Origin: Terriglobia bacterium
Lineage (GTDB): Bacteria > Acidobacteriota > Terriglobia > JAJPHL01 > JAPKYU01
Length of the DNA: 64,000 bases
Assembly (NCBI GenBank): GCA_965206645.1
Contig: CBDBKE010000004.1
Coordinates: 1,888,001 to 1,952,000 of the forward strand
Reading direction: 5' to 3'
Shown: positions 11,769 to 22,703 of the stretch, in pieces
Position numbering within the stretch: position 1 is the first letter of the stretch
Layout: every line of letters starts with the position of its first letter
Notes under the pieces: model-generated
Told to the model about the DNA's origin: nothing
Database searches by the model: none
Seen by the model: only the letters and a program-made list of their open reading frames with translations
Position numbers and translations under genes: made by a program

Positions 11769-13046
11769 ATGGGGACTAGGGAGGGGCGAAGCGGGGGTTC
11801 TTTTTGGTGGTACAGTAGCCCTGGCATGCTCAATCGGATGCCTAAGCGGGAACTGCTGCCAGAGCGGGAACTGCTGAAAGCGGCGGCCCAACAGCTCGGT
11901 CTGGACCTGTGGGGAGTGGTTCGGGCCACGGATCTGCCCGCCGGCCCGGACCTGCCCTTTTTCTTTTCCTGGCTCGAACGCGGCTACCATGCCGCGCTGT
12001 CCTACATGACCGGGACGCGGGCCGAAATTCGCGCTGACCTGGAGCGCTTGCTGCCCGGCACTCGCTCGGTGATTTGCCTGGCGCTGAACTACAACACACC
12101 GCTGCCGTACTCGACCAGCCTGCCGGAGGCCACCCGCGCCTGGATTTCGCGCTACGCCTGGGGCGAGGATTATCACCAGGTGTTCCGGGAGAAGCTGGAG
12201 TCGTTTGTGGCCCTGCTGCAACAGCGGATGCCGTCTTCGTTTCAGGCGCGAATCGCCGTGGACACCAGTCCGGTTCTGGAGCGGGCGCTAGCGCGGCACA
12301 CCGGGGTCGGCTGGCTAGGCAAGAACACCTGCCTGATCAATCAACAACTGGGCTCGTGGCTGTTTCTAGGCGAAGTACTGACCACCCTGGATCTGGAACC
12401 GGATGCAGCGGCCGTGGACCGCTGCGGCACCTGTACCCGCTGCCTGGATGCCTGCCCCACGGGCGCCCTGCTGGAGCCGCGGGTGCTCGATTCCCGCCTC
12501 TGCATTTCCTACTGGACCATCGAGGCGCGCGGCTCCATCCCCGTCGAGATGCGTCCCGGCCTGGGCCGCCACGTGTTCGGCTGCGACATCTGCCAGGACG
12601 TCTGCCCCTGGAATAGAAAGGCTCCGGCGACTCAGGAGCAAGCATTCCTGCCGCGTCCCGGTCTGTTCAACCCGCCGCTGGAAGAGCTGGCGCGCATCAC
12701 CGAGGAGCAATTCCGGGACTTGTTCCGCGACAGCCCCATCCAGCGTGTTCGCTATCGTGGCTTTCTGCGGAATGTGTGCGTGGCGATGGGCAATTCCGGG
12801 GACCCGAAATTGCTTCCGGAACTGGAGCGGCTGGCAGCTCATCCCAGTGAGCTGATCCGCGAGCATGCGGCCTGGGCGATTGAGCGCCTCCGCTCAGCCG
12901 GCAGCGCTTCTGACGATGCGACGGAGGAGCCCGGGCGGGAAAATGAGGCCCGCTCAGTTGCCGCCGTTCGAAGCCGTCGAGGCCCGGGTGGCGAAGCTTC
13001 CGGCCGACCAAAGGCCAACCCGAATGGACCCCTCCATGTCCGCTAA
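11769..13046 (+). CDS. queG: Epoxyqueuosine reductase QueG (true start probably ~11826-11838)
   Basis: ISRYAWGEDYH, VDTSPVLER, GWLGKN, CGTCTRCLDACPT, CISYWTIE, FGCDICQDVCPWN, C-terminal HEAT-like repeat. Confidence 0.94.
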   Translation: MGTREGRSGGSFWWYSSPGMLNRMPKRELLPERELLKAAAQQLGLDLWGVVRATDLPAGPDLPFFFSWLERGYHAALSYMTGTRAEIRADLERLLPGTRSVICLALNYNTPLPYSTSLPEATRAWISRYAWGEDYHQVFREKLESFVALLQQRMPSSFQARIAVDTSPVLERALARHTGVGWLGKNTCLINQQLGSWLFLGEVLTTLDLEPDAAAVDRCGTCTRCLDACPTGALLEPRVLDSRLCISYWTIEARGSIPVEMRPGLGRHVFGCDICQDVCPWNRKAPATQEQAFLPRPGLFNPPLEELARITEEQFRDLFRDSPIQRVRYRGFLRNVCVAMGNSGDPKLLPELERLAAHPSELIREHAAWAIERLRSAGSASDDATEEPGRENEARSVAAVRSRRGPGGEASGRPKANPNGPLHVR

Positions 13047-13089
13047 AGGGCACCAATTCGTGATTTGTTTCTGTGCTACAGTCCATGAC

Positions 13090-13596
13090 ATGCGCGCGAG
13101 AAACGGAACGTTCCGGCTAGTTTTGTTCTGCTTCCTGAACATCGCGATTCTTTCCGCGTTTGGCGGGGTGGACAAGCAGGAACCAGCTCCTCAGTTTTAT
13201 GCGAAAACGCTCGCGGGCGAAAGGTTCACCAAGAAGTCGGTGAAGGGGAAAGTCGTCCTGCTCCAGTTTTGGACCACGTGGTGCGGCTACTGCCGCAGGG
13301 AACAGTCCTTGGTGGATGCAGTCGATAAGGAGTTTTCCGGCAAGGGTTTGATTGTGCTCGCTGTGGACGTCGGCGAGTCGAAGAGAACAGTCCGTAAGTA
13401 CCTTCGGCGGAACCCGCGGTCATGCCGGGTCGTGCTGGCCGAGGACACCAACCTTGGTGCCAGGTTCAGCCGCACGGGCGTCCCGTTCTACGTGCTGATC
13501 GACCGCGAGGGGTACATTGCCGGGACTCAACGCGGGGCGGAGGGTGAATCAGCACTGCGGCGCCTGTTAAGCCGCGCCGGTATCGAATCGGACTAA
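13090..13596 (+). CDS. TlpA/ResA-like thioredoxin-fold disulfide reductase
   Basis: KGKVVLLQFWTTWCGYC, GVPFYVLIDREG; N-terminal signal/TM segment. Confidence 0.85.
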   Translation: MRARNGTFRLVLFCFLNIAILSAFGGVDKQEPAPQFYAKTLAGERFTKKSVKGKVVLLQFWTTWCGYCRREQSLVDAVDKEFSGKGLIVLAVDVGESKRTVRKYLRRNPRSCRVVLAEDTNLGARFSRTGVPFYVLIDREGYIAGTQRGAEGESALRRLLSRAGIESD

Positions 13597-13697
13597 GTGC
13601 GCCCAGAAGTTCGATTCGCGTCCTTCCCCATCGATACGAAGCGCTATCAAGGACTCGGTGGTGCCTGTTGGCCTTCCTGCACTAATGGGACGACTTC

Positions 13698-14648
13698 ATG
13701 ATGCAGGCGCTGGTGTTTAAGGCCGGGAAGGCGCGGTTGGCGGAGATGGCTGAGCCAGCGGCGCGGCCGGGATGGGCCAAGGTGCGGGTACTGCTGTCGG
13801 GAATCTGCAACACCGACCTGGAACAGTTGCATGGCTACTACGGGTTCTCCGGCGTTCCGGGACACGAGTTTGTCGGCCAGGTCGTGACGCCGCGCAGCCG
13901 CTACGCGGGGCAGCGCGTGGTGGGGGAAATTAACCTGGCGTGTGGCCGCTGTTCCTGGTGTGCCGCCGACCTGGGGCGTCACTGTCCCCGGCGCAAGGTC
14001 CTGGGCATCGTTCGCCATCCCGGCTCCCACGCCCAATTCCTCAGCTTGCCGGAGGGCAACCTGTTCCCGGTGCCCGAAGGTATCCCCGACGAGCAAGCCG
14101 TGTTTGTCGAGCCGCTGGCGGCGGCCTGCGAAATCCTGGAGCAGTTGGGCGAGGTCCGGGACCGGAGGACGGGCGTGCTCGGCGATGGCAAGCTGGGCCT
14201 GCTGGTGGCGCAGGTGCTGGCCCACGCCGGGGCCGAGGTGACTGTGCTGGGCAAGCATCGCCCGAAACTGTCGCTGGCGCGCCGCCTGGGTCTCGCGGCG
14301 GCCTCCGCCCAACGCGCGCGTCGCCAATCGTTCGATTTAGTGGTGGAAGCCACTGGCTCACCGGCTGGTTTGCCGCGGGCGCTCGAACTGGTACGCCCCC
14401 GGGGCACGATTGTCATGAAGTCCACCTTCCACGGCGCTGCGCGGCTGGAGGCGGCTCCGCTGGTGGTAAATGAGGTGACTGTGGTGGGCTCGCGCTGCGG
14501 CCGCTTTGCGCCGGCGCTGGAGCTGCTGGCCCGCCGCGCGGTGAATGTGGAAGCCCTCGTCTCGGAAGAGTTCCCCCTGCGTCGCGTGACTGCCGCTCTG
14601 CGCCACGCCGCCCGTCCCGGAGTGCTCAAGGTCCTTCTCCGCCCCTGA
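13698..14648 (+). CDS. Zinc-binding alcohol dehydrogenase (MDR family)
   Basis: GICNTD, GHEFVG, CGRCSWC...C, EPLAAA, GDGKLG. Confidence 0.92.
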   Translation: MMQALVFKAGKARLAEMAEPAARPGWAKVRVLLSGICNTDLEQLHGYYGFSGVPGHEFVGQVVTPRSRYAGQRVVGEINLACGRCSWCAADLGRHCPRRKVLGIVRHPGSHAQFLSLPEGNLFPVPEGIPDEQAVFVEPLAAACEILEQLGEVRDRRTGVLGDGKLGLLVAQVLAHAGAEVTVLGKHRPKLSLARRLGLAAASAQRARRQSFDLVVEATGSPAGLPRALELVRPRGTIVMKSTFHGAARLEAAPLVVNEVTVVGSRCGRFAPALELLARRAVNVEALVSEEFPLRRVTAALRHAARPGVLKVLLRP

Positions 14649-14700
14649 ACCTCTGCGGGTCGGTGCGCTGCACCAGCAAATGTTGCGCTAAAATGAAGAG

Positions 14701-15540
14701 GTGGAACGTCGCATTCTATTGCTCGTTTTGCTTTGCCTCGTCTCTGGCTTCCGCCTGCCGACGGCGGCAGCCGATCTGTCTATCCAAGACGCCTACTTCG
14801 AAGACTACGACCGCGTGCTGGTGCGGGAGCAACGGCTCACTGCCGGCGACACACTGTACCTGAGGTTCCGTATCGCAGGCTTCCAGGCTGATAAGGACGA
14901 TCAAGTGCGGCTTGCCTACTGGATCGACTGCGTGGACCACAAGAACGTCCCGCTGACGGAAACCCTGAGCCAGAAGATCGAGGAGAGACTGCGGCGGCAG
15001 GACCAGAACTGGCGTCCCAAGGTCAACTGGTCCCTGGTGATCCCAGCCTTTGCCCCCAGCGGCGAATACCGGGTGAACATCCTGGTGCGCGATGAAGTTG
15101 CCAGCCAGGAAGTGCGCCACCAGATGAATTTCCGCGTGCGCGGCGAGACCGTCGAGCCCAGCGCCACTTTGACGGTGCGCAAGTTCCAGTTTGCTGACAC
15201 CGAGTACGGCACTCCCAAACCCTCCACCACCTACCTGGCGGGCAGCACGCTGTGGGCACGTTACTGGCTTGTGGGCTTCCGGGTCGGCCCGGAGAAGCAG
15301 GTCTGGGTGGAGGAAGACCTCACGGTGCTCGATGCGGAGGGCGAGGTGCTGTATGCCAAGCCCAAGGCGCTGGTAGAAAAGCACCGCATGTTCTACCCGC
15401 CCCGTTTTCTCCACGCGACCTTCAGCCTGGACCTCCAGCCGGATTTGCGGCCCGGTGACTACACGATTCGACTGGAGATCCGCGACCTGCTGGCTGAACA
15501 AAACATCCGCTACGAAGCCAAGTTCACTGTCATCAAGTGA
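14701..15540 (+). CDS. Secreted hypothetical protein, two tandem Ig-like beta-sandwich repeats
   Basis: Signal peptide; two similar halves ending PSGEYRVNILVRD and RPGDYTIRLEIRD. Confidence 0.7.
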   Translation: MERRILLLVLLCLVSGFRLPTAAADLSIQDAYFEDYDRVLVREQRLTAGDTLYLRFRIAGFQADKDDQVRLAYWIDCVDHKNVPLTETLSQKIEERLRRQDQNWRPKVNWSLVIPAFAPSGEYRVNILVRDEVASQEVRHQMNFRVRGETVEPSATLTVRKFQFADTEYGTPKPSTTYLAGSTLWARYWLVGFRVGPEKQVWVEEDLTVLDAEGEVLYAKPKALVEKHRMFYPPRFLHATFSLDLQPDLRPGDYTIRLEIRDLLAEQNIRYEAKFTVIK

Positions 15541-15568
15541 CGTCTTCGCTGCCCATCACCCCGCATCG

Positions 15569-15979
15569 CTACGGGCCTGGAGGAGACTCGGGGCAAGCTG
15601 TTGGAGTGAGGCTGATTCTGGGGAAGAGCGGGGCGCCAGAACCAGTTGGGCTACCGGCTGGGGAACCGGCTTCGAGTTGCGCGACTGCCTCGGCGATCGC
15701 CATTCGCAGGCGCCGAACGTCCAGGTTGCGGTGGAGCGCCTCAAAGCGCGCCAGTCGTTTGGCCGCCCGGCGCAACTGGGAGTGGGCGGCCCGCCAGTTG
15801 GCGCGCCGGGCCTGGTAGAGCGCCACGGTGAGGTGGACCATGCCCTGGTAGAAGTCCCGCTCCTCGGCTGCCGCCGCTTTCCAAACTTCTTCCCAGACCT
15901 CGTGGGTCTCGAAGAACTGGCCCTGGTTGAACAGCCGGACACCTTCCAGAAATCCCACCGGCCAATCGTCTTTCGTCAC
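15569..15979 (-). CDS. DUF309 family protein
   Basis: GVRLFNQGQFFETHEVWEEVW..FYQGMVHLTVALY signature. Confidence 0.85.
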   Translation of the reverse strand: MTKDDWPVGFLEGVRLFNQGQFFETHEVWEEVWKAAAAEERDFYQGMVHLTVALYQARRANWRAAHSQLRRAAKRLARFEALHRNLDVRRLRMAIAEAVAQLEAGSPAGSPTGSGAPLFPRISLTPTACPESPPGP

Positions 15980-16081
15980 CGAGACAGCCTTCTTGAGCGG
16001 ATCAAAGCCTGAATCTAAAGATGGTTCAGTTGAGTGTACTACGAAGTGCGCAGGCAGCGCTTGCGTCCCACCAAGCGGTCG

Positions 16082-19000
16082 CTAATCGCCGCCGGCCGGA
16101 CGCTCGGCCGGGTGGAGCCAGCCGTGCAACCGGGTCGCCAGGGCGGAGCGGATGTCCAGCGTCAAGCTGAACAGAGCCGGCACCAGGAAGAGGGTAAAAA
16201 CCGTAGAAAGGATCAGGCCACCCACCACCACGCTGCCCAGACCGCGGTAGAGTTCCGAGCCGGCGCCCGGGAACAGCACCAGCGGCAGCATCGCGCACAC
16301 TGAGGTGCTGACGCTCATAAAGATGGGGCGGATGCGGTTGGAGACCGCCTCACGGATGGCCTCCCGAGGCGCCAGCCCCTCCTCGCGCATGTGGTTCAGA
16401 GACTGGTGGACAATCAGGATGGCGTTGTTCACCACCGTGCCCACCAGAATGATGAAGCCCAGCATGGTAAGCATGTCCAGCGCCTGGTAGCTGAACAGGT
16501 TCATGGTGGCCAGGCCCAGGAAGCCGCCCAGGGCAGCCAGGGGCACACTGAACATGATCACGAAGGGGTAGAGGAAGCTCTCGAACAGCGCTGCCATCAG
16601 CAGGTAGGTGATCACCAGCACCAACAGGAAATTCCAGCGCAGCTCGCGTCCAGTCTCGGCCAGCTTGTCGGCCGTCCCGCTCAACCTGGCCTGGTACAGG
16701 CCGCCCAGCTTGCCCTGCTGGCGCATGGGCCCAAGGATGTCGGACTCAATCGAGTCCATCGCCGCCTCCAGCGACACCTGCTCGCTGGGAGCCACCTGAA
16801 TGGTGACCGCGCGCTGGCGCTTGATGTGATTGATCGTCTGGGGGCCGTTGACCAGCGAAATCTGGGCCACCGAGCCCAGCGTGACCAGGCGGCCGTCGGG
16901 CGTGGCAATGGGCATCTGTTCCAGCAGGTGGGTGCGGTGCGCGAAGCTCTCCTCGCCCATCACCTTCAGGTCAATCTCTTTGCCCTCATGTTGGTAGTCG
17001 CTGGCCTTGGCGCCGTCCACCAGCGCGCTGACTGCAAAACCCAGCTCCCGGTTGAAGACGCTCACATCGGCGGCGCGGCGCCGGTGAGTCCGCACCCGTA
17101 GCTCGGGGTTGTCCAGGTCCAAGCTGGGGATAGGCCGCGCCTGCGAGCCGGGCAACACCTGCATCACGTTGAGGAACACTTCGCTGCCCAACTCCATCAG
17201 GCGCTCCAGTTCAGGCCCGGTAATTTCTATATCAATGTTGCGTCCCTCACCAAGGCCACGCTGGAAGATGCTGGCCTGGTTGGCGACCAGAATGGAACCG
17301 GGAATCTTGGACCCGGTGCGCTGAAACACTGGGATTAGTTCGCCCACGCGCAGCGGATCGTTCGAGCGAGCCCCCATAAAGGCCCGGTCCCTCAGGGCGA
17401 CAAAGAAGAAGCTCCGAATGCCGCCGCCCGGCAGGTCCTGGGCGTCGGGCGCAGCCCCCCACAAAGGCTCCATTTCCCGGTCGATGACGGTGTGCAACGA
17501 CGCCACCTCGTCCAGGTTCAACCCGGGCGGCGGCAGCATGAACGCGAAAATGAAGTTGTTGTTGCCCACCGGCAGGTATTCGGTCTTGGGCATCAACCAG
17601 TAGCTCAGCCCCAACGAGGCCGTGGTCAATGCGGCCACCACAGCCAGCCGGCGCAGAGTGGAGCCGGTGATCCAGTGGACGGTGCCAGTGACCCGGCTCG
17701 TAAAGCGGCGCGCCAGCAACGAGACACCCCAGAGATTGCGGAAGCTGTGCTGCTCGGGGTCCGCCTCGGCGGCGTGCAGAATCTTGGCCGAGAGGCTGGG
17801 AATGACGGTGATCGAAACCAGGAGGCTCAAAGCTACCGCGCAGCTAACAGCGATGGCGATGTCGCCGAACAGTTGGCCAACTTCCTGTTGGATGAACACC
17901 ACCGGCACGAAGACGGCCACGGTGGTCAGGGTGCTGGCCAGCACCGCGCCCCACACCTCGCGCGCGCCGTCGAAGGCGGCGGCAAAACGCGGCTTCCCCA
18001 TCTGCCGGTGGCGGTAGATGTTCTCCAGAACCACAATCGAATTGTCCACCACCATGCCCACCGCAAAGGCCAGCCCGGCCAAGCTGATGACGTTCAACGT
18101 CCGGCCAAACACCCACATCATCAGGAAGGTGCCGATGATGCTGATGGGGATGGCGATAGCGACCACCAGCATGCTGGTGACGCTGCGCAGGAACAGCAGC
18201 AGAACAATGACGGCCAGCACGCCGCCGATGATCAAGCTCTGGCGCACCAGGTCAATGGCGCCGCGGACGTAGTCAGTCTCGTCGTAGACCTGGCTAAGCT
18301 GCAACCCGCGGTCGCGCAGTTCTTTCTCGTTCAGGCGCGCCACCTTCTGCTTCAGTGTGTCCATCACCTCCAGCACGTTCGAGCCGGGTTCTTTGACGGC
18401 GTTCATGGCCATCACCTGTCCGCCTTTTTGGAAGACTCTGGCGGTGGCCTTGCGGTAGCCCAGCTCGGCGCGAGCCACGTCCTTCAGGTAGATCGGCACG
18501 CCGTTGCGGATGGCGATGACGATGTTCTCGATGTCCTCGGCCGAGCGGTACTCGCCCACGGTTCGGACCAGGTAGCGGCGTTTGCCCTCGTCGAAGTCCC
18601 CGCCGCTATAGTTGCGGTTTTCCCGCTCCACGGCGGCGCCCAGTTCGTTGAGGGTGACCCGCCGAGCGGCCAGCTTGGCCGGATCGACAATGACGTGCAT
18701 CTCCCGCTCGCGTCCGCCGTAGATGTTGGAGGCGGCGATGCCCGGGACGCGCTCGAACTCGGGCTTGATAAAGTCGTCTGCAAAATCAAAGAGCGTGGAG
18801 ATATCGCCGGTGAAGGGGTTTTCCTCTGTAGGGGCCAAGGCAAACCAAGCGATGGCGTTGGCCTCGGTATTCACGCTGCGGATGACGGGTTTGTCGGCGT
18901 CGTCGGGGTAGGAGGGGACCTGCTCCAGGTGGTTCGAGACTTTCAGCAGGGCGGTGTCAATCTCGGTACCCACCTGAAAGGTCAGGGTGATGGTGCCCTG

Positions 19001-19261
19001 GTCGTCGGAGCTGGAGCTCTCCATCTTGGTGAGTCCATCCAGGGACTTGAGCTGCTCCTCCTGCTCTTCGACAATTTCGCGCTCCACCTCATGGGGGCTG
19101 GCGCCCGGCCAGCGGGTGCGTACCGTAATTTCGGGCTCCTCGACGTTGGGGGTGAGCTGGATCGGCAGGCGGAACGCGCTGATGAGGCCAAACAACACCA
19201 GCAGAATGACACCGACTGCAGTGGTGACGGGGAAGCGAATGGCGTCTTGGATGATCTTCAT
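16082..19261 (-). CDS. RND efflux transporter permease (AcrB/AcrD/AcrF family)
   Basis: 1059 aa, GMVVDNSIVVLENIYR, ASTLTTVAVF, GTVVNNAIL, RIRPIFMS. Confidence 0.95.
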   Translation of the reverse strand: MKIIQDAIRFPVTTAVGVILLVLFGLISAFRLPIQLTPNVEEPEITVRTRWPGASPHEVEREIVEEQEEQLKSLDGLTKMESSSSDDQGTITLTFQVGTEIDTALLKVSNHLEQVPSYPDDADKPVIRSVNTEANAIAWFALAPTEENPFTGDISTLFDFADDFIKPEFERVPGIAASNIYGGREREMHVIVDPAKLAARRVTLNELGAAVERENRNYSGGDFDEGKRRYLVRTVGEYRSAEDIENIVIAIRNGVPIYLKDVARAELGYRKATARVFQKGGQVMAMNAVKEPGSNVLEVMDTLKQKVARLNEKELRDRGLQLSQVYDETDYVRGAIDLVRQSLIIGGVLAVIVLLLFLRSVTSMLVVAIAIPISIIGTFLMMWVFGRTLNVISLAGLAFAVGMVVDNSIVVLENIYRHRQMGKPRFAAAFDGAREVWGAVLASTLTTVAVFVPVVFIQQEVGQLFGDIAIAVSCAVALSLLVSITVIPSLSAKILHAAEADPEQHSFRNLWGVSLLARRFTSRVTGTVHWITGSTLRRLAVVAALTTASLGLSYWLMPKTEYLPVGNNNFIFAFMLPPPGLNLDEVASLHTVIDREMEPLWGAAPDAQDLPGGGIRSFFFVALRDRAFMGARSNDPLRVGELIPVFQRTGSKIPGSILVANQASIFQRGLGEGRNIDIEITGPELERLMELGSEVFLNVMQVLPGSQARPIPSLDLDNPELRVRTHRRRAADVSVFNRELGFAVSALVDGAKASDYQHEGKEIDLKVMGEESFAHRTHLLEQMPIATPDGRLVTLGSVAQISLVNGPQTINHIKRQRAVTIQVAPSEQVSLEAAMDSIESDILGPMRQQGKLGGLYQARLSGTADKLAETGRELRWNFLLVLVITYLLMAALFESFLYPFVIMFSVPLAALGGFLGLATMNLFSYQALDMLTMLGFIILVGTVVNNAILIVHQSLNHMREEGLAPREAIREAVSNRIRPIFMSVSTSVCAMLPLVLFPGAGSELYRGLGSVVVGGLILSTVFTLFLVPALFSLTLDIRSALATRLHGWLHPAERPAGGD

Positions 19262-20361
19262 GGCAGCCGGTACTCCAGCGGCTTGCCCTGCACCACCTGG
19301 CCTGGACGCAGGCGCTCGTTGCCTCGGGTGACAACCTTGGTGCCAGCCTCGATCGGGCCCCGGACCTCTAACCAGTCACCGACGCCTTGGCGGGTCTCGA
19401 CTGGGACCATGCTGACGGTGTTATCCCCGTTTATCAGAAAGACGAAATTCTGCTGACCGCGCCTCAGCACAGCGTCCTTGGGAACCACCGTGGCGCGGTA
19501 GGACTTCCCAACCCGCAACGATACCTGGGCCAGCATCCCCACGCCGAGGCGACCCCTGCGGTTCCGGATGCGCACCTTGACGGGGAAGGTGCGGGCCTGG
19601 GGGTCGGCGCGAGGAATGATGGCGCTGATGCGGCCACGAACCTGAAAACCGGGCAGAGAATCAAAGGTAACGCTGGCCCTGGTCCCGCGCTTCAGGTCAG
19701 GGAAATATTGCTCCGGTGCCTCGATCCGCACTTCCAGCTTGGACAACGAAAGGATCTCCACCACCGGGCCGCCGACGTCGAGCCATTCGCCAACCTCGGT
19801 TTGTTCGGCGGTCACCACGCCGGCAAAGGGCGCTCGGATGGTGCAACGACTAATGTCGTCATTGATGCGGGCGATTTCGGCCTTGAGTTGCTCGACGCGC
19901 CCCTGCCAGGCGTTGAATTCGTAGAAGGAATCGTCGTACTGCTGGCGCGACATCACCTGGGCTTCGAGGAGTTCCAGAGCGCGGTCGCGGTCCCGCTCGG
20001 CCAGCTTCAGGCGCGCCTCGGCCTCTTTGAGTTGCGCCTGAGCGGCATCGCGCTGCAACTCCAGGTTGGTGGTGCGCAGTCGGGCCAGTGGCTGGTTTTG
20101 CTTGACGGTGTCCCCCTCGCGCGCCAGCAGTTCCAGCACCAGCCCGCCAACTTCGCCAGCCACCAGGCTGACGGTCGGGGACTCGACTGTGCCGGGTAAC
20201 CGGATCGCCCGGCGCACCGCGTGCTCACGAGCCTCGGTGTAGCGTACTGGACTGGGCGGCGCGTTGGGCCTCTGAGCCGCGGTGCAGAGCGGGAGCAGTG
20301 TGAACAGAGCTGCCATGAGCATCCCGCCCTCCCGCAGCCAAATTGTCTGACTCCGCCTCAT
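19258..20361 (-). CDS. RND efflux periplasmic adaptor (MFP)
   Basis: Lipoyl/hairpin motifs EGDTVKQNQPLARL, TIRAPFAGVV, ADPQARTFPVK, VVPKDAV; overlaps permease start; start estimated. Confidence 0.92.
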   Translation of the reverse strand: MRRSQTIWLREGGMLMAALFTLLPLCTAAQRPNAPPSPVRYTEAREHAVRRAIRLPGTVESPTVSLVAGEVGGLVLELLAREGDTVKQNQPLARLRTTNLELQRDAAQAQLKEAEARLKLAERDRDRALELLEAQVMSRQQYDDSFYEFNAWQGRVEQLKAEIARINDDISRCTIRAPFAGVVTAEQTEVGEWLDVGGPVVEILSLSKLEVRIEAPEQYFPDLKRGTRASVTFDSLPGFQVRGRISAIIPRADPQARTFPVKVRIRNRRGRLGVGMLAQVSLRVGKSYRATVVPKDAVLRRGQQNFVFLINGDNTVSMVPVETRQGVGDWLEVRGPIEAGTKVVTRGNERLRPGQVVQGKPLEYRLP

Positions 20362-20539
20362 CCTGCGTCCTAACGCTAATTCTATGCTTAGATCCACCGG
20401 AAACATAATGAGATACGCGGGGCATCTGAATCCTGGCACCTCCCCTGTCTTACATGATCGAGCATATTGCCTGTAACGGCTTTGTGCCCGGACTCGTCCA
20501 ATTCCTGAATAGGCGGCTGTGAGGGGACGAGGAGGGAGT

Positions 20540-20620
20540 ATGAAAAGAATCGGGTTGTTAGCCGGGTTATTGGCAGTGCTGGTGGCGGGCCTCGGGGTCA
20601 CTTCCCTGATGGCCGACTGA
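20540..20620 (+). pseudogene. Signal-peptide-only stub of a secreted protein, truncated by IS
   Basis: Strong RBS (GGAGGGAG) then MKRIGLLAGLLAVLVAGLGVTSLMAD; the stop is the IS terminal TGA. Confidence 0.6.
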
Positions 20621-21867
20621 CCAGACCGATTTTTTGTACCAACCGTAGTGAGAGTTCACATCGCAGCCTGGGGCTGTGAAACTGGTTTCAGTGGCAGGGG
20701 AGGGCTATAGGCCCCCGGCGCCGAGGGCCTATAGCCGAGCGCCGAGTGCGGCCGCACCGTGTTGTATTGCACCCTCCACTGTTCAATCACCACCTGTGCC
20801 TCCTTCAACGAGTAGAAGATCTCTCCATTCAGGCATTCGTCCCGCAGCTTCCCATTGAAACTCTCGCAGTACCCGTTCTCCCAGGGACTGCCCGGTTCGA
20901 TGTACAGTGTCCCGGTCCCTAGATTTGCCAACCACTGGCGCAGTTGTTTGGCGATGAACTCGGGACCATTGTCGGATCGAATCTGTTCCGGTATCCCTCG
21001 CCACAACATCACGTCCAACAACGCCTCAATGATTTGTTGGCTGCCCATTCTCCGCTCCACCCGGATCGCCAGGCATTCCCGCGTGTACTCATCCAGCAAG
21101 GTCAGCAGCCGCAGCGTTCTCCCCTCGTGCGTTCTGGCACTCATGAAGTCGTAGCTCCACACGTGGTTCGGTCGCTCCGGCCTCAGTCGTACACAGGAAC
21201 CGTCGTTCAGCCACAGCCGTCCTCGCGGCCTTTGTTTTTGCGGCACTTTCAGCCCTTCCCGCCGCCAAATCCGCTGCACCCGGTCCTTGCCCACTTCCCA
21301 GCCCGCACTCCGCAGCAACGCTGTGATCCTCCGGTAGCCATATCGCCCGTACTTCGCTCCCAGGGCAATGATCGCTCGGGTCAGAGCATCCTCGTCCACC
21401 CGATGAATCGGCTCGTATCGTTGTGTCCCTCGCCATTGCCCCAGCAGCCGGCAGGCATGCCGTTCCGACAACCCGTGTTGCTCCCACGCACGCTCCACCG
21501 CACAACGCCGCCGCTCAGGGCTCAGAAGTTTCCCTGTGCCACATCCCGCAGCACCTGCTTCTCCAGAGAAAGCTCCGCTACCAACCGCTTCAGCCGCGTG
21601 TTTTCCTTCTCCAACTCCTTTAGCCGTTTCGCCTGCACCACCTTCAGCCCGCCGTATTCCTTCCGCCACCGGTAGTAGGTTTGGGTGTGGATTCCAGCTT
21701 CTTTGCAGGCTTGGGGCGCAGTCTTCCCGTTCCCCATCTGCACTTCTATCTGCCGTAGCACCGCTACAATCTGCTCCGGCTTGTAACTCCTTGTCGGCAT
21801 GACCTCACTTCCTCCTCAAGTGGATTCTCTCTCTTTCCACTTGGTACAAAAAGTGCCGGTCAGGTCA
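20618..21867 (-). mobile_element. IS3-family element, species A copy 1 (1250 bp; orfA 21522-21800, orfB 20656-~21520)
   Basis: TG...CA ends with imperfect IRs (TGACCAGACCGATTTTTTGTACCAA / TGACCTGACCGGCACTTTTTGTACCAA); DDE motifs WSYDF, RSDNGPEF, ESFNGKLRDE; GGGAAAC slippery site; no TSD. Confidence 0.96.
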
Positions 21868-22324
21868 GGACGAGCCCACCGGCCGGCAACCGGACGCCAA
21901 AGGCTGCTGCCCGAGCCGCCGAGTAACTGGCGGTAGACCCATAGTTGATGAGTGCCCGTCCTCGCCGTTCCTGGAGAAACTGCGCCACGTCTGGAACTCC
22001 GATCTCCATCTCGAGTGCGGTCGTAACCCCGTCAAGCGCCTTCAGACGGTAGCTGTCGGAATCGTGCCCGTGCTGGTGAAGGTCGACAAAGCCTGGGGCT
22101 ACAATTAGGCCGGTGGCGTCAATAATCTTTTCTCCTTCCAGCGGCAGGCTCGAAATCCGCGCGATTCGATCGCCGGTGATGCCAACATGGCGCACTGCGT
22201 CTAGGCCAGTCTCCGGGTCCATCACGCGTCCACCCTTGATGACTATGTCGTAGCGGCTCGGCAGTGCTTCGCCCGTCATGAGCGCGCCCGTCATGAGCGC
22301 AAAGAGGAGTGGAACCATTATCAT
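21868..22324 (-). pseudogene. N-acyl-D-amino-acid deacylase-like amidohydrolase, 3'-truncated by IS
   Basis: DIVIKGGRVMDPE, IDATGLIVAPGFVDLHQH, DGVTTALEME; ends at the IS boundary. Confidence 0.85.
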
Positions 22325-22643
22325 TCGCTCGCGTCGTCGACTACGTCTTCAATTTTGTCGGCTGTCTCCTCAACTGAACGCTTCGCCTTCCGGATGATTC
22401 GACCAAGCCCAGACCGATCGTCCTCAAAGCCCTCCCGGCTCATTTCTCTAGGCGAGTTGAGCACCACATTATTCCTCTGGCCTCGTCGCTCTGCTTCATC
22501 CAGGTAGTGATCGAGGTAAGCTCGGTGTCTTTCACCTTTCTCCCGAGGGCTCGTCTCATCCGCCGCCGCGCCACAGAAGTAGTTATCCAAGCTGCGACTG
22601 TTGTCACAATAATCAAGACTAGGAGTAGCCATCCACTTCTCAT
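22321..22643 (-). pseudogene. Small membrane-anchored hypothetical protein, apparently frameshifted
   Basis: TM N-terminus (22440-22643 frame) continues in another frame to the stop at 22321. Confidence 0.4.
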
Positions 22644-22703
22644 GATCGTGGCTCCTTAAGCCTCCTACTCCTGACTGCCCGCCTGGTAGTGGGCTACTTT
22701 GAT